Of a DNA stretch of 64,000 nt, positions 53,757 through 63,903 are shown one piece after another. The stretch is from Methanobacteriota archaeon. Lineage in GTDB: Archaea > Halobacteriota > Bog-38 > Methanoflorentales > Methanoflorentaceae. A program made the translations under genes and the position numbers. The notes beneath the pieces are model-generated. The model was given only the letters and a program-made list of their open reading frames with translations, did not search any database and was not told the origin of the DNA. The stretch spans positions 704,001 to 768,000 of the forward strand of contig OY970393.1 of assembly GCA_963720465.1 (NCBI GenBank), given 5' to 3'. Every line of letters begins with the position of its first letter. Position 1 is the stretch's first letter.

Positions 53757-53784
53757 TAGTGACACGTTTCGTATCCCTGCTGTC

Positions 53785-54357
53785 TTATCTGCCAAACTGG
53801 TCGGCGAACTGTCGAACAATGCCATCAGATAGAATATCAGCCAGCTCAATGATCTGCAACAGAGCCTCATCGAACTGTTCAATGTCGGCTGTATAATCGC
53901 CAGAGAGTCTCTGCTCTGCTTCATTTTCCGAAAGGCGCAAGTGCTCGTACAACATGTCTTGCGTCTCCTTCTCAGGCCAGTACGGATTAACGCCGCTCAG
54001 GAACGTGGCGATCTGATCGGCGTTCAGGTACCATCGTCGCTCGGCGTCTTCTGCCTGTGAGGTGTTCTCTGTCTTGACCACCTTGAACACTGCAGCCGCT
54101 TGAATGGTATGTTCGAGAAGCAGCCCTTTGAGCGTATTGCCCACGGCCTCTCCGTAGAAAGGCTTCAGAGCGTCGCCGATTTCCTCCTGATTCGCACGGA
54201 TACGCTGTACAGTAGCATCCAGATCTCTCAAATCAGCGGCCACGCTTATGATGTAGCACCGCGCCCAGACGACGTGATCTTCCCAGAGCTTCCGCATCAT
54301 GAGCCGTAGGTCAAGTTCAGCCTCTGTGAGCATCCCTCCAGTTGCAATCGTAGCCAT
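53785..54357 (-). CDS. Hypothetical four-helix His-containing repeat protein
   Basis: RKLWEDHVVW..LLEH..WYLNADQIA..LYEHL. Confidence 0.75.
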   Translation of the reverse strand: MATIATGGMLTEAELDLRLMMRKLWEDHVVWARCYIISVAADLRDLDATVQRIRANQEEIGDALKPFYGEAVGNTLKGLLLEHTIQAAAVFKVVKTENTSQAEDAERRWYLNADQIATFLSGVNPYWPEKETQDMLYEHLRLSENEAEQRLSGDYTADIEQFDEALLQIIELADILSDGIVRQFADQFGR

Positions 54358-54585
54358 GATCCTTCCGTTCGGGCTTTATTTTGTTCCTCATTTGGATTTG
54401 TAATTACCCCAACTAATCAGCATCTGACGACGTCTGCCTCGCTCAGACCACGGTCTTTAGTACTCGAACTGAGCGCATGTCTTGCGCATTAGGGGGCGGT
54501 GTCGGCTGGAAGCTCGCAAGCGCGCGTGGAAAGAAACACTTATGTCACCTCGCGCCACCGTACCCCCGCAACACCACGAACGCTT

Positions 54586-54639
54586 CTCCTTACGGGCAGT
54601 GGTGTAGCAAACTGCCGGAGTCATGTCTATGACTCCGGC
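54586..54639. repeat. Two-hairpin noncoding repeat, copy 2
   Basis: Stems GGCAGT/ACTGCC and GCCGGAGTCAT/ATGACTCCGGC. Confidence 0.75.
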
Positions 54640-54763
54640 GCCCGTTATTTAGCCCACATTAGGCCGGGACGCTCAATATCGAGCATATACGTTTGATGGA
54701 AAAAACGTGTAATTATCGGCTTCGACGCGGCTGCAGATGCTTTTTCGCAGCTGTGGCAAAAAC

Positions 54764-54970
54764 TCAGCGTCTTCGACGTAAAAGGCGCCGCAGGCGGAAC
54801 AGAAATTTTTTCTTTGCTTGAGTGGGAACGATCTGAGGAGGGACGATCTCGAGTTTGTTGCCGCAGTTATGACAGAACTTCGCCTCTTGAACATGCGCAA
54901 CGCCACACGCCGGACAGATGTACCTATCTTGATCTAAAGCTATTTCAGCGTCGCGCAAGCTGTCGTCCAA
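54764..54970 (-). pseudogene. Double zinc-ribbon protein, probably frameshifted
   Basis: CPACG..KFCHNCG; another frame continues FCSACG..EDAEF. Confidence 0.6.
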
Positions 54971-55389
54971 TGCACCTCACCTCGCACAGAACTTAGCATC
55001 ATCGCTGACTTGCTCATTGCAGGAACGGCAGATTTTGGCAGTCATCCGACATCAGTCCGAATTTTGTCCTGAGAACTGTATGATGGCATTGACAAGATAA
55101 AAAGTTCTCTTCTCGTCTCTTTGCTGCATGATTTTCTTGGTATCATCTACAACGTCTACCGCTAAATTATACGGCGGCTACTGCTTCGAACAAACGGCAA
55201 ACTGACGATGAAACCCCCTCCATAAATAACGACGTACATTTCGGCCTGCGGCGAAGGTAAAGGCTCCGGAGCTTATCATACTCCACCGGTCGCTCCTGAA
55301 GGCGCGAGGACTCCACCGTCGCGTAAGCAGATCTTCAATCAATATGCGTTGCAGCTGGTTTTTCCATAACGAACCTCAAGATGCGAGGT

Positions 55390-56490
55390 CTATTTCTCAA
55401 CACCCCACGCCTTGTAATGTATCTCACGCAGCGTTTCCGGCTTGTCAGCAAGACACTGAGGCGCGCGAAACGAGCCGGTCACCCCCATCGCTTCATCGGT
55501 CTTCCGGATTGATTTCCACGGATCTTTCTCGAGTTCGGCCACCGCGCGAATGCAGTCAACGTTCTCTAAGACGATGTCGGCCTCTTGATGAATACCTTGC
55601 ATATAGAAGACTTCGTTGCCGACAACGTTGACGCTCTCCTCCCAGATCGCTATCTCCCATAAGTCGTAGCGCGGACGCCCCATATCTCTCGCAAGCTCCA
55701 TAATTTCTGCCGTCGATCCTAGGCCGTCACTTGCCCGCACGAGCATGATGCGGCGCAAGCCGTAGAACTCAGTTAACAGGTCCTCCTTGGATAGCGGGCG
55801 CTCAACTTCGACCATGACGTTGTGCTGATGCATAAGCGTGGTCGGCACCAAAACCGCCATCGTCGTGATGTCCCATCCGGGCATGACGGTATTCACGTCT
55901 GGCCCGTGATGCGACGGGACTGTTGACGGTTTTGGGATGATGGCGTTGATCGGCCCCTTCTTCACTTGCACGGGGTCTGCTGCCCCTCGGACGAGGACCA
56001 CCCTAACTTTTTTGATGCCAGCCGCTTTGTCCACCGCGTATAACGTTCGACAGAGCCCCGTGGTGTTGCAGGATACCACCCGCACGTAATCCTTGCCGAT
56101 CGCGCTTTCATAGTTACAATACGTGTTGAACGAAGCGCCGATGGCCGCGTGCTTCTCACCGCCTTCAAAAATGGCCTTGATACCCGTCTTCTTGTACCGG
56201 TCTTCGAGATTCTTCGCACCCGTTCCTTCGGGAGTAGCGTCAACGACTACGTCTGCCTCGCGGAGCATGTCTGTCGTCGTACCCGCGACGTCTAAGCCTG
56301 CCGCCCTGAAAGACGCGATGCTGGCTCCCTCGGCGACGTAAAGAGGGTACCCTTTCATTGCTGCGACGTAGGCCTCAAAATTCGGGTGAGTTTTCGACAC
56401 GCCGACGAGTTTCATATCGTCCTGTTTCGCAACCGCGTCAGCGACGCGCTTACCAAGGTTTCCGTACCCATTTATCGCAACGTTAACCAT
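55390..56490 (-). CDS. gap: Type II (archaeal) glyceraldehyde-3-phosphate dehydrogenase
   Basis: [39 protein letters not shown]. Confidence 0.95.
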   Translation of the reverse strand: MVNVAINGYGNLGKRVADAVAKQDDMKLVGVSKTHPNFEAYVAAMKGYPLYVAEGASIASFRAAGLDVAGTTTDMLREADVVVDATPEGTGAKNLEDRYKKTGIKAIFEGGEKHAAIGASFNTYCNYESAIGKDYVRVVSCNTTGLCRTLYAVDKAAGIKKVRVVLVRGAADPVQVKKGPINAIIPKPSTVPSHHGPDVNTVMPGWDITTMAVLVPTTLMHQHNVMVEVERPLSKEDLLTEFYGLRRIMLVRASDGLGSTAEIMELARDMGRPRYDLWEIAIWEESVNVVGNEVFYMQGIHQEADIVLENVDCIRAVAELEKDPWKSIRKTDEAMGVTGSFRAPQCLADKPETLREIHYKAWGVEK

Positions 56491-56792
56491 ACGCCGACCT
56501 TCCTAGCTATGCTAGCGTCACCGTGAGCTTCGATAAACCTTCCTCGCCCAAAAGCAGATCTCACGTTCGAAAAACCTTCTTTGGAGTGCTCGCGCCTCGC
56601 ATTAATGAACGGTGATTGTCAGAACGCTGCTCGTTGAAGCGCCGTACGTCGCAGAGCCGGCTTAGGTGACCTTCAGTCGAACGTCCGTTGGCGCAAGTGG
56701 CGTGAACCCGTGTGAGACGTATCTGAAACTATCCGTCGTCCTTGTGGCAAAATTTATCCACGGTGCGCGTCAAAGGACAAACGACATTGACG

Positions 56793-58088
56793 CTAAACAA
56801 ACGTAAACGAATCTATTACCTCTTGCGCTTGTGACAGGTACTTATCAAAGTCGTTAGGCACCGCTTCGTAGGTAATCCCGTACCCATTTTTATTGTTTAT
56901 GACAAAGACCTGCATCGCCTTGACTTGCGTATCATTGAGCCGAACGGGAATGGTTGCTTGCCAAACTACTCTGGAGGCGCGGCGATTCGCGAAGGTAATC
57001 TCTTCACTTGAGATGAGTGTGAAATCTTTGAGATTCGTCAAATTTTCGAGGTTAGAGTTGATGAAGTCGTCAAGAGTCGCGCCTGGCATAAGGTCGGCGG
57101 TCTCGATGTTGATGGCGCCCACGTTGGCGTGAGCTGCGTAGATGTAGAGTTTGACGGCCGTGGATGGATCAGTCGTATCGATCAACCATTCCCCGGGATA
57201 GGTAACGCTGAATCCTGTATCGCTCGAGAATGTCATCTCGTGTTCGCCTGTTTGGTTCGCGAGCAGAGTCTCGTCTCTCAGGAGCGTGAGCATCCGCAAC
57301 ATCGCATAGTTGGTCAGAGGTCCGGTATAATGCAATACATAACGCACTCTGGAAGAAAACAACTTTTGGAGTTCTTCGTCGGTCTTTAGGTCTGCCACAG
57401 AGAAGGGGCCATATGCCCAAATGACGTTATTAAGCGCCCCGAGGAATCTCAGAATGCAGTAGTATGTGCAGGCGGCGAGCGTATCTAAAGAGATGTACTC
57501 ACGATCGAGTTGCCTGCAGATGGTCTCGATATCGTTCAGGTCATGCGCTGATAAAAAGCCGCCTCTCAGGAAGTAGTCCTCACCATAAATTCTTAGTCCT
57601 ATTTTTTGCCACTCTACGAGATCTCTAAGGCTATATCCCCTAGCTTCGTGCTCTTTTATGACGTCTGCCACCTCAGGCCGTTCAATTGCGTCTTGTATCT
57701 TCTTTCCCAGCGTCGAATGGTCAAAGATGACGGCAAAAAAGAAGCCAGCACCCCCATAATCACGGTACCCTAATTCAAGTTCCTCATCAGATGTGATTGC
57801 CGTGTATATGTTTTGCATCCTCTCCGAGGTTATTTCCACGTCTTCGGAATACGGCGCATTGCGCGATTTTGATGGCAAGAAGCGACGCAGTAGGGTTTGT
57901 ATTTGTGGCCGATCTAATGCGATTGTCCTGAGGACGTGCGAACGCACATACATATGCGTAAAATCATAGAGGTCTCCTATCCTGTTCTCCTTTTTCCATT
58001 TATCAACAAAATACGAGCTTTCAGGTCCAAGGAGTTGAATTTGCGGCACGATCATTATGTCCCTCGGTCCTTGCATTTTCTGGCTCAT
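56793..58088 (-). CDS. Hypothetical protein with C-terminal PsbP/DcrB-like domain
   Basis: GFSVTYPGEW..GYGITY..FDKYL..EVIDSFTF. Confidence 0.7.
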   Translation of the reverse strand: MSQKMQGPRDIMIVPQIQLLGPESSYFVDKWKKENRIGDLYDFTHMYVRSHVLRTIALDRPQIQTLLRRFLPSKSRNAPYSEDVEITSERMQNIYTAITSDEELELGYRDYGGAGFFFAVIFDHSTLGKKIQDAIERPEVADVIKEHEARGYSLRDLVEWQKIGLRIYGEDYFLRGGFLSAHDLNDIETICRQLDREYISLDTLAACTYYCILRFLGALNNVIWAYGPFSVADLKTDEELQKLFSSRVRYVLHYTGPLTNYAMLRMLTLLRDETLLANQTGEHEMTFSSDTGFSVTYPGEWLIDTTDPSTAVKLYIYAAHANVGAINIETADLMPGATLDDFINSNLENLTNLKDFTLISSEEITFANRRASRVVWQATIPVRLNDTQVKAMQVFVINNKNGYGITYEAVPNDFDKYLSQAQEVIDSFTFV

Positions 58089-58315
58089 TGTCGCCTCCAT
58101 CATCTTTTTCGGGCCCAAGCATCGCATTGCGCTGTCAAATGTGCTATCGCTTCGTCAAGGGAAACCTTCTCGCCTCTCTCGTCCTGAAGCCGCCGCCATG
58201 GTGGTCGTTATTGCAAGCCCCCAAGTGATAACTCCTCGATTTGTGGCCACATGGCTTATAGCCAAGGGTGTCGCGTTTCACCCGTTCGAATTTCAATTAC
58301 CTTGAGTTACAAAGG

Positions 58316-58867
58316 TCATTCATGTACTTGGGTGGTTCTTAAAAACCCGACGGAGTCGTTGTATCTGAGCCCAAAATCCCACTTTATATTATCACTTGTC
58401 AAATCGGGAATACTGCTGCTTGTCAGATCGAAAGTAGTTGGAAGCTTACCTGTCTCTCGTAGTTCGCGGCTTCCCGTTGTATCTGTAACGCGGCACTTGT
58501 TATGATACGAAAGCTGGTAAGGAGAGACACCTACACATATCTCATAGAAAAACTCTGGATAATCTGCAGAATGCGCCTTATTTTTATTAACGTCACGCAA
58601 TAAGCCGGAGAGTTTAACAGTGATAGACGCACGGTAATGAGCCTCGCCTGAAACGGATTTTTCGCTACTCGTAACGCTTGCCGGCGTGTGGCGCGTATCA
58701 AGTTCTACTTTTAGCTCGTTAAGTGCAGGAATGATGATAGCGTCAAGTATAGTCTTGGCTTGCGCGCTGTTTTTTTCGAATTTATTTTCTTCGACTGCTT
58801 TTTCTGTTGGTAGGCGCCTGATTTCGTCCGTTGTCTCGATTATTAACGACTTCCATTCCTCATCCAT
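58316..58867 (-). CDS. Hypothetical protein
   Basis: 183-aa ORF with GGTGA Shine-Dalgarno. Confidence 0.6.
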   Translation of the reverse strand: MDEEWKSLIIETTDEIRRLPTEKAVEENKFEKNSAQAKTILDAIIIPALNELKVELDTRHTPASVTSSEKSVSGEAHYRASITVKLSGLLRDVNKNKAHSADYPEFFYEICVGVSPYQLSYHNKCRVTDTTGSRELRETGKLPTTFDLTSSSIPDLTSDNIKWDFGLRYNDSVGFLRTTQVHE

Positions 58868-59770
58868 AAAATCACCATGAGTACAACGAATTTACTTATA
58901 TATTGACATAAGTTGACGCCCGAGATTTTGTGGCACCAAAACAATGGGTGTTAAAGCCTGAAATTTTGAATACTCACTCGCAACTACATTTTAAAGGTTT
59001 TTCGAATTTTTGCAAAACGAAGTAAACGAACTGAGCACAACGAAATCAGAAAAAACCTCTGCACGTTGTCTTTCATCAAATTTTTTTTTCTGAGCGTGCA
59101 CTTTTCAACTTTTCAAGGATTCGCGGCTAGGGCTCGTATGTCGCAAAGGTCGCCAATACAGATAGCAGCGACATTTTTTAGGTTTCCTTTTTCACCATCT
59201 GTTAACTTTTTAACTTTTCAAACCTTGTCGAACCCTCTTCTATCGGCACGTGCTCTGCTATCTCATCCATTTAATTTTTCTGTATCTTGAGTTCAAGCAA
59301 TTTCCTGTAAGCACTCCTTCTTATCGCTCTCGACTGCCTCACGCGTCCTGATTTCGGTGAACGGCCTGCTCTCTTTGTTTTAGTTGACATGGTGCCCCCC
59401 TATCTTGGAGCTTGGAGGTTTAGTTTTTACACATATGGACGTGGAGGTGCGGTCCACGCAGCCTTTTTGATGCAGTTCTTTTCATGAAATATGATGCTGG
59501 GGCAGCATATTGAGCGGCTCCATGAAGGCGCACACACTCATACATTACGACAATATCATCTAGATGGTAATGGCGACCATAACCTTGTAGAAGGAGATGC
59601 GTCAAAAAGCTGATTGCTATCGTGAATGTAGAAAACTCCTAACACCGACTTTTTCTGTATCGGCCTGTAACAGTACCTATAAGGTACTCTCACGCGGGTG
59701 CATTCTGCAAACAAGGAGCTAGCACTGCGCTGAGGCAGTTCCATCAACTGTTTTAAAGAGTGTGTTCGAT

Positions 59771-60814
59771 ATGAAAAAAAGTGACAAATCAAGAGGCGCA
59801 AACGAGGAAGAAGACCTCGTCATAACGCCAGCAGGGCCGATGCCAAAGGACCGGGTTCATGCAGTCGGACAGGATGAGGCAATCCGAGTAGAGAAGTCTG
59901 GAAAAGCGGTTATCACGTCCCGCGAAGAAGCGTCGTCTCCCAAGGACGTAGCAAATGATTTCGTCTTGACTCCTGGCGGCTGGCGGGCTAGATTTCTTGT
60001 CCACTTGATCGAGCCCGATCATGTCCTAAGGGTGGAAGACGGACTGCTACAGAAGCGTGACCCGTCTGGAAGGGTCGTCGCTGAATTTGGACAGATCCAA
60101 CCCAGCCAGACGGAAGAGCCTTTAATGCCTAGAAACGTAGCCCTCAAGCCTTGGGAAGTTTCCGCACTCGGAAGCGGTTGGATTGAGTATGCATTTTGGA
60201 ACAACAACACTGGAACCCCCGTATCACACTTCGAGGTTACATGGACCGTCCCACCAGCGCCATCGGCACAGGAGGGCCAAACGATCTTTCTCTTTAATGG
60301 AATCCAGAACTCCACAATGATCTATCAGCCTGTGCTGCAGTGGGGGGTATCGGCAGCAGGGGGCGGTAAATATTGGTCAGTGGCAAGCTGGTACGCGGGC
60401 CGCCAAGGACAAGCATTCTACAGCACACCTGTCCCAGTTAACCCGGGTGATGTCTTAGTCGGGCTTATCCGCATTACCACGCGAAATCCGACCGGGACCT
60501 TCGACTATCTCTGTCAGTTCTCTGGGATTGCTAACGCCGATCTTCCCGTACAAAACGTCCCAGAGCTCACATGGTGTTGTGTAACTCTGGAAGCCTACGG
60601 GCTTACCTCGTGTTTGCAATATCCAAAAGTTTGTACGGTATTCCAAGGGATTAACGTTCAAACCGGCACGACGCACCCAGCGCTGACGTGGACGCCGCAA
60701 ATCAGCTGCAACGATTGTGGACAAGATGTCATAGGGCTGAGCAACACAAACCCTGGCGGCGGGATGAATATGTGCTACGGAAAGTCTTTGCCTCCTCGAG
60801 CCACCCCATCTTGA
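59771..60814 (+). CDS. Putative glutamic-peptidase-like (G1/neprosin-fold) proenzyme
   Basis: Duplicated prosegment motif (VITPAG / VLTPGG), SGWIEYA, WTVPPAP, IYQPVLQWG, TLEAY. Confidence 0.6.
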   Translation: MKKSDKSRGANEEEDLVITPAGPMPKDRVHAVGQDEAIRVEKSGKAVITSREEASSPKDVANDFVLTPGGWRARFLVHLIEPDHVLRVEDGLLQKRDPSGRVVAEFGQIQPSQTEEPLMPRNVALKPWEVSALGSGWIEYAFWNNNTGTPVSHFEVTWTVPPAPSAQEGQTIFLFNGIQNSTMIYQPVLQWGVSAAGGGKYWSVASWYAGRQGQAFYSTPVPVNPGDVLVGLIRITTRNPTGTFDYLCQFSGIANADLPVQNVPELTWCCVTLEAYGLTSCLQYPKVCTVFQGINVQTGTTHPALTWTPQISCNDCGQDVIGLSNTNPGGGMNMCYGKSLPPRATPS

Positions 60815-60997
60815 CTGCCCCCGCCTCGATCTCGAGAGCCACTCAGCTAGGGTTGTTGCGTCACTCGAAAAAAGAAAGACGAGGAGCGCTTCAGCTCAAC
60901 GCCGTGAACGCGAAGCAATGATCCCTGTCGATCCGGTGAAAGAGGGCACGAGACAGGGAGAGTTTGCGGTAATTTCAGCGCAAAAGGAGGTGATAAC

Positions 60998-61318
60998 GTG
61001 AAGATAGGCATCATCATCTATTCAAATGACGCGGAAACAGTGTGGAACGCCTTCCGATTCGGCAATTACGCCGTGAAAGAGGGGGATAGCGTAGCAACGT
61101 TCCTCATTGCCAAGGGCGTGGAGAGCGAAACCCTTGATACCGACACATTCAAGATCACGGAACAGATGCGCTCCTTAATTGAGGGCGGCGGCACGATATC
61201 TGCCTGCGAGACGTGTCTCGCCATCCACCACTTGGGGGGCTCTGAATTGTGTCCGATATCAACGCTTACAGATTTGCACGCTATAGTGAAGGAGAGCGAC
61301 AAGATCATTACTTTCTAA
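60998..61318 (+). CDS. DsrE family protein; paralog of 22075-22395
   Basis: ETVWNAFRFGNYA..GVESETLDTDTFK. Confidence 0.88.
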   Translation: MKIGIIIYSNDAETVWNAFRFGNYAVKEGDSVATFLIAKGVESETLDTDTFKITEQMRSLIEGGGTISACETCLAIHHLGGSELCPISTLTDLHAIVKESDKIITF

Positions 61319-61517
61319 GCGCGGCTGGGACGTGATTGACCCTTAGGTAATCGGGTCAGTTTTCGGGTTTTTTGAGCTGCGATGGCCACTCGGCAGCGCC
61401 TTTTATACAGAAGTAACCTCCCTTGAGGTCGTAATCAACATACACCTGACATCCGGGGCCGTTGCATCCCTGCATCGCAGCCGTCTTTTGACTCTTGCCC
61501 GTGGTGCAAAACACCAC

Positions 61518-61731
61518 GTGAGATTCCGACGACATTAGAAAATGTGATGAGGTGTCTCTGCTGTAAGACCTGCCCGACGTTCAAGCACACCCTCTGTGGG
61601 GGGCGTATTGCGCGACGGGCAAAAACGAAACGACACCCGAAAAGAGGGAATGCGACTGCCGGAACTGCCTCATCTACCTACAGTACGCGCTCACTGGGGA
61701 CTACTTTTGTATTTACGGCGCGTCAGAATAG
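61518..61731 (+). pseudogene. DUF2769-like protein, frameshifted
   Basis: CLCCKTCPTF / CATGK..ECDCRNCLIYLQYALTGDYFC. Confidence 0.65.
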
Positions 61732-61832
61732 CCGTGGAGGCAACGAAAAAAGATAACATACGTTCTCAGCAGCTGGAAAACGCGTGATGACTTTTTATAC
61801 GATCGAATGGAGCTTCGTAATAGGGGTTCTCT

Positions 61833-61949
61833 ATGGACGCAAAAGATGAGAAGAAGGAAGAGTACTACAAGGGCAAGGAAGTAAAGGGCAAGCTCGAGAA
61901 AAAGAAGGAAGAGTACTACAAGGGCAAGGAAGTCAAAGGCGAAAAATAG
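61833..61949 (+). CDS. 38-aa charged microprotein with an internal duplication
   Basis: MDAKDEKKEEYYKGKEVKGKLEKKKEEYYKGKEVKGEK; 51-bp repeat period. Confidence 0.5.
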   Translation: MDAKDEKKEEYYKGKEVKGKLEKKKEEYYKGKEVKGEK

Positions 61950-61970
61950 CCGTCTGCGTAGGCGAAGAAC

Positions 61971-62342
61971 GTGACTAACGACGACAAACCCGGCTGGTAC
62001 TCGGTCAGTGTCGAGTACAAGCCCATTCCGTCAGAGCTGCGTCCAGGTCGCGGTGAGTGGTACTTCCAAGCTACGCTCATACACGAGTATCGCGATCCAT
62101 CGGGCGGGATACAGACCGAAAAAACGCCGCTCGGCAGCATTGATGTCGACCACATTGATTCGGTCGAACTGCGGCAGGCATTCTACGCGGCAACTGAAGA
62201 CGCGCTTGACGCGCTACAGTTACCGCACGAAACGCGCGAGCAGATCGCTGCCGAACTTAGGCTCGTGGTTCGGCCGCCTACTGAAGATACCGGGAAGCGG
62301 CCGCGAATAGGATTAGGTGCGCTGCTACCTGACGAGAAATAA
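61971..62342 (+). CDS. Hypothetical protein
   Basis: 123-aa ORF with plausible composition. Confidence 0.6.
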   Translation: MTNDDKPGWYSVSVEYKPIPSELRPGRGEWYFQATLIHEYRDPSGGIQTEKTPLGSIDVDHIDSVELRQAFYAATEDALDALQLPHETREQIAAELRLVVRPPTEDTGKRPRIGLGALLPDEK

Positions 62343-62717
62343 AGGCGTTGCCTTCTCACGGGCCGTCTGGGCTAAAATAAAAAGGCCCGAGCCGAAGCTT
62401 GCGCCATTAGAACGCAGATCATTTCGCGGGCTTTGTGCAGTCAGCTGACGTTTGCCCCGCGTGCACTGTACAGGCATTGTAGGCCTCCCAGCTAGTAGAG
62501 CACTTCCACAAAAAGTTTTTCGGTGCCCACGTAGCCAGAGCGCGAGTAAAGTATTAAGACTTTCAGCTGAATTAATAGTAGCTACGCTGTCTGCGGCACT
62601 TTGGCAGCGAGAGAAGCTTATCGCGCCTCCCGTATTTTAGGGCGTTGCTTTAACCGGTTGCTAGCAGCCCTGAGCGATCTTCGATTGCTCCTAGCTGCGG
62701 GGGGAGAGAGGGACATA

Positions 62718-63116
62718 ATGGAACAATATGAGTTTTCATCAGACTCTACGAGCAGCGATTTAATCCCAATCGCATTGGCAGTTCACGCCGTATTAGGCGG
62801 CCTGCCCGTTACGATGCGAAGCCAGAACCATCGCGGCGTTCAAATTGAAGACGGCAAAGTGAAAAGTCGGAACTATACGGGCCCTATACTCGAACGAGTT
62901 CTTGCCGAGAACACATTGATAAAGACGCGGCCGCAAGCGGGGGAATACACGAACGTACCGGTCATAGTTGCCCCCATTCAGGACAGTAGAGGTTCGGCAA
63001 TGGCTGCCATTGGCGTTGTCGATGTCACTGGAATATTCGACCTGGCGGATGCTATGAGCCAGCAATCGCAGATCATCAACCAACTGCGTTATTGCGCCGT
63101 GCCTGCGAGCAAGTAA
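62718..63116 (+). CDS. DUF2111 protein
   Basis: AVHAVLGGLPVTMRS..GVQIEDG..YTGPILE..PVIVAPI..AIGVVD. Confidence 0.85.
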   Translation: MEQYEFSSDSTSSDLIPIALAVHAVLGGLPVTMRSQNHRGVQIEDGKVKSRNYTGPILERVLAENTLIKTRPQAGEYTNVPVIVAPIQDSRGSAMAAIGVVDVTGIFDLADAMSQQSQIINQLRYCAVPASK

Positions 63117-63198
63117 AGGAAAGAGGCGGTTAATATCCCCTAACATCTGCTGGGCGCGACCCTACACAACCTGCGGCCCCCAACGACGAGACGCAGAT

Positions 63199-63903
63199 TT
63201 ACTCCTCAAGGGGCGTAACGAAGCAGGATGCCAGCTTGCTGTTAATGAGCTTCTGTTCGTGGAAAAGGCGCGCTGTGAGGTGGTACATGCCTTCTTCACT
63301 CGCGTAAAGCTCGCTTGCGAATCGCTTCGTGCCGCCTTTTGCGATGAAGTCGACATCGATCACGTCCATGAGCGTGTGGGCTTTCGACGGGGGAGTTGCG
63401 GCGATTTCGAGCCGTAGCTTTGACACGTCGCGGTGGGCGTACACGACCGTTTCCGTCTCGATTGTTTCTTCGTATGCCCAGTAGGGCCGATTCACGAAGA
63501 AGGTCTGGATCTCGGCGGGATCTTCAATGATTCGAACCTCATGATGGGGAGAGTACCAGCTCACGAAAGCACCGTAGCGGTACGCCGTGACGTGCAGATA
63601 GACCCATCCAGTGTGGTTGGCAAAAACGTGAAAGTTGAGCGTTGCCGTGTCTTGAGGGCGCAACTCTTTCACGTAATGAAACGAGCCGCTTGGCAAAATG
63701 TCGATATCGTGCGAGTTAGTGGTATACAGCGTCGCGCTTACGTCGACGAGGGAGTCCGTTGACACGTTCTTCAGCTGGACGGTGATCCAGTGGCGCCCCC
63801 GTTCGAGCACCTTGGGCGTAACGATTGCCTCGAAGGCATACTTGCGTTGTTCTTCTCGTTCTTTCGCGGCGATTCTCTTCTCTTTTTTCTTTTCGTCGGC
63901 CAT
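63199..63903 (-). CDS. Hypothetical protein with two Ig-like domains
   Basis: 234-aa ORF with a beta-rich pattern. Confidence 0.65.
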   Translation of the reverse strand: MADEKKKEKRIAAKEREEQRKYAFEAIVTPKVLERGRHWITVQLKNVSTDSLVDVSATLYTTNSHDIDILPSGSFHYVKELRPQDTATLNFHVFANHTGWVYLHVTAYRYGAFVSWYSPHHEVRIIEDPAEIQTFFVNRPYWAYEETIETETVVYAHRDVSKLRLEIAATPPSKAHTLMDVIDVDFIAKGGTKRFASELYASEEGMYHLTARLFHEQKLINSKLASCFVTPLEE

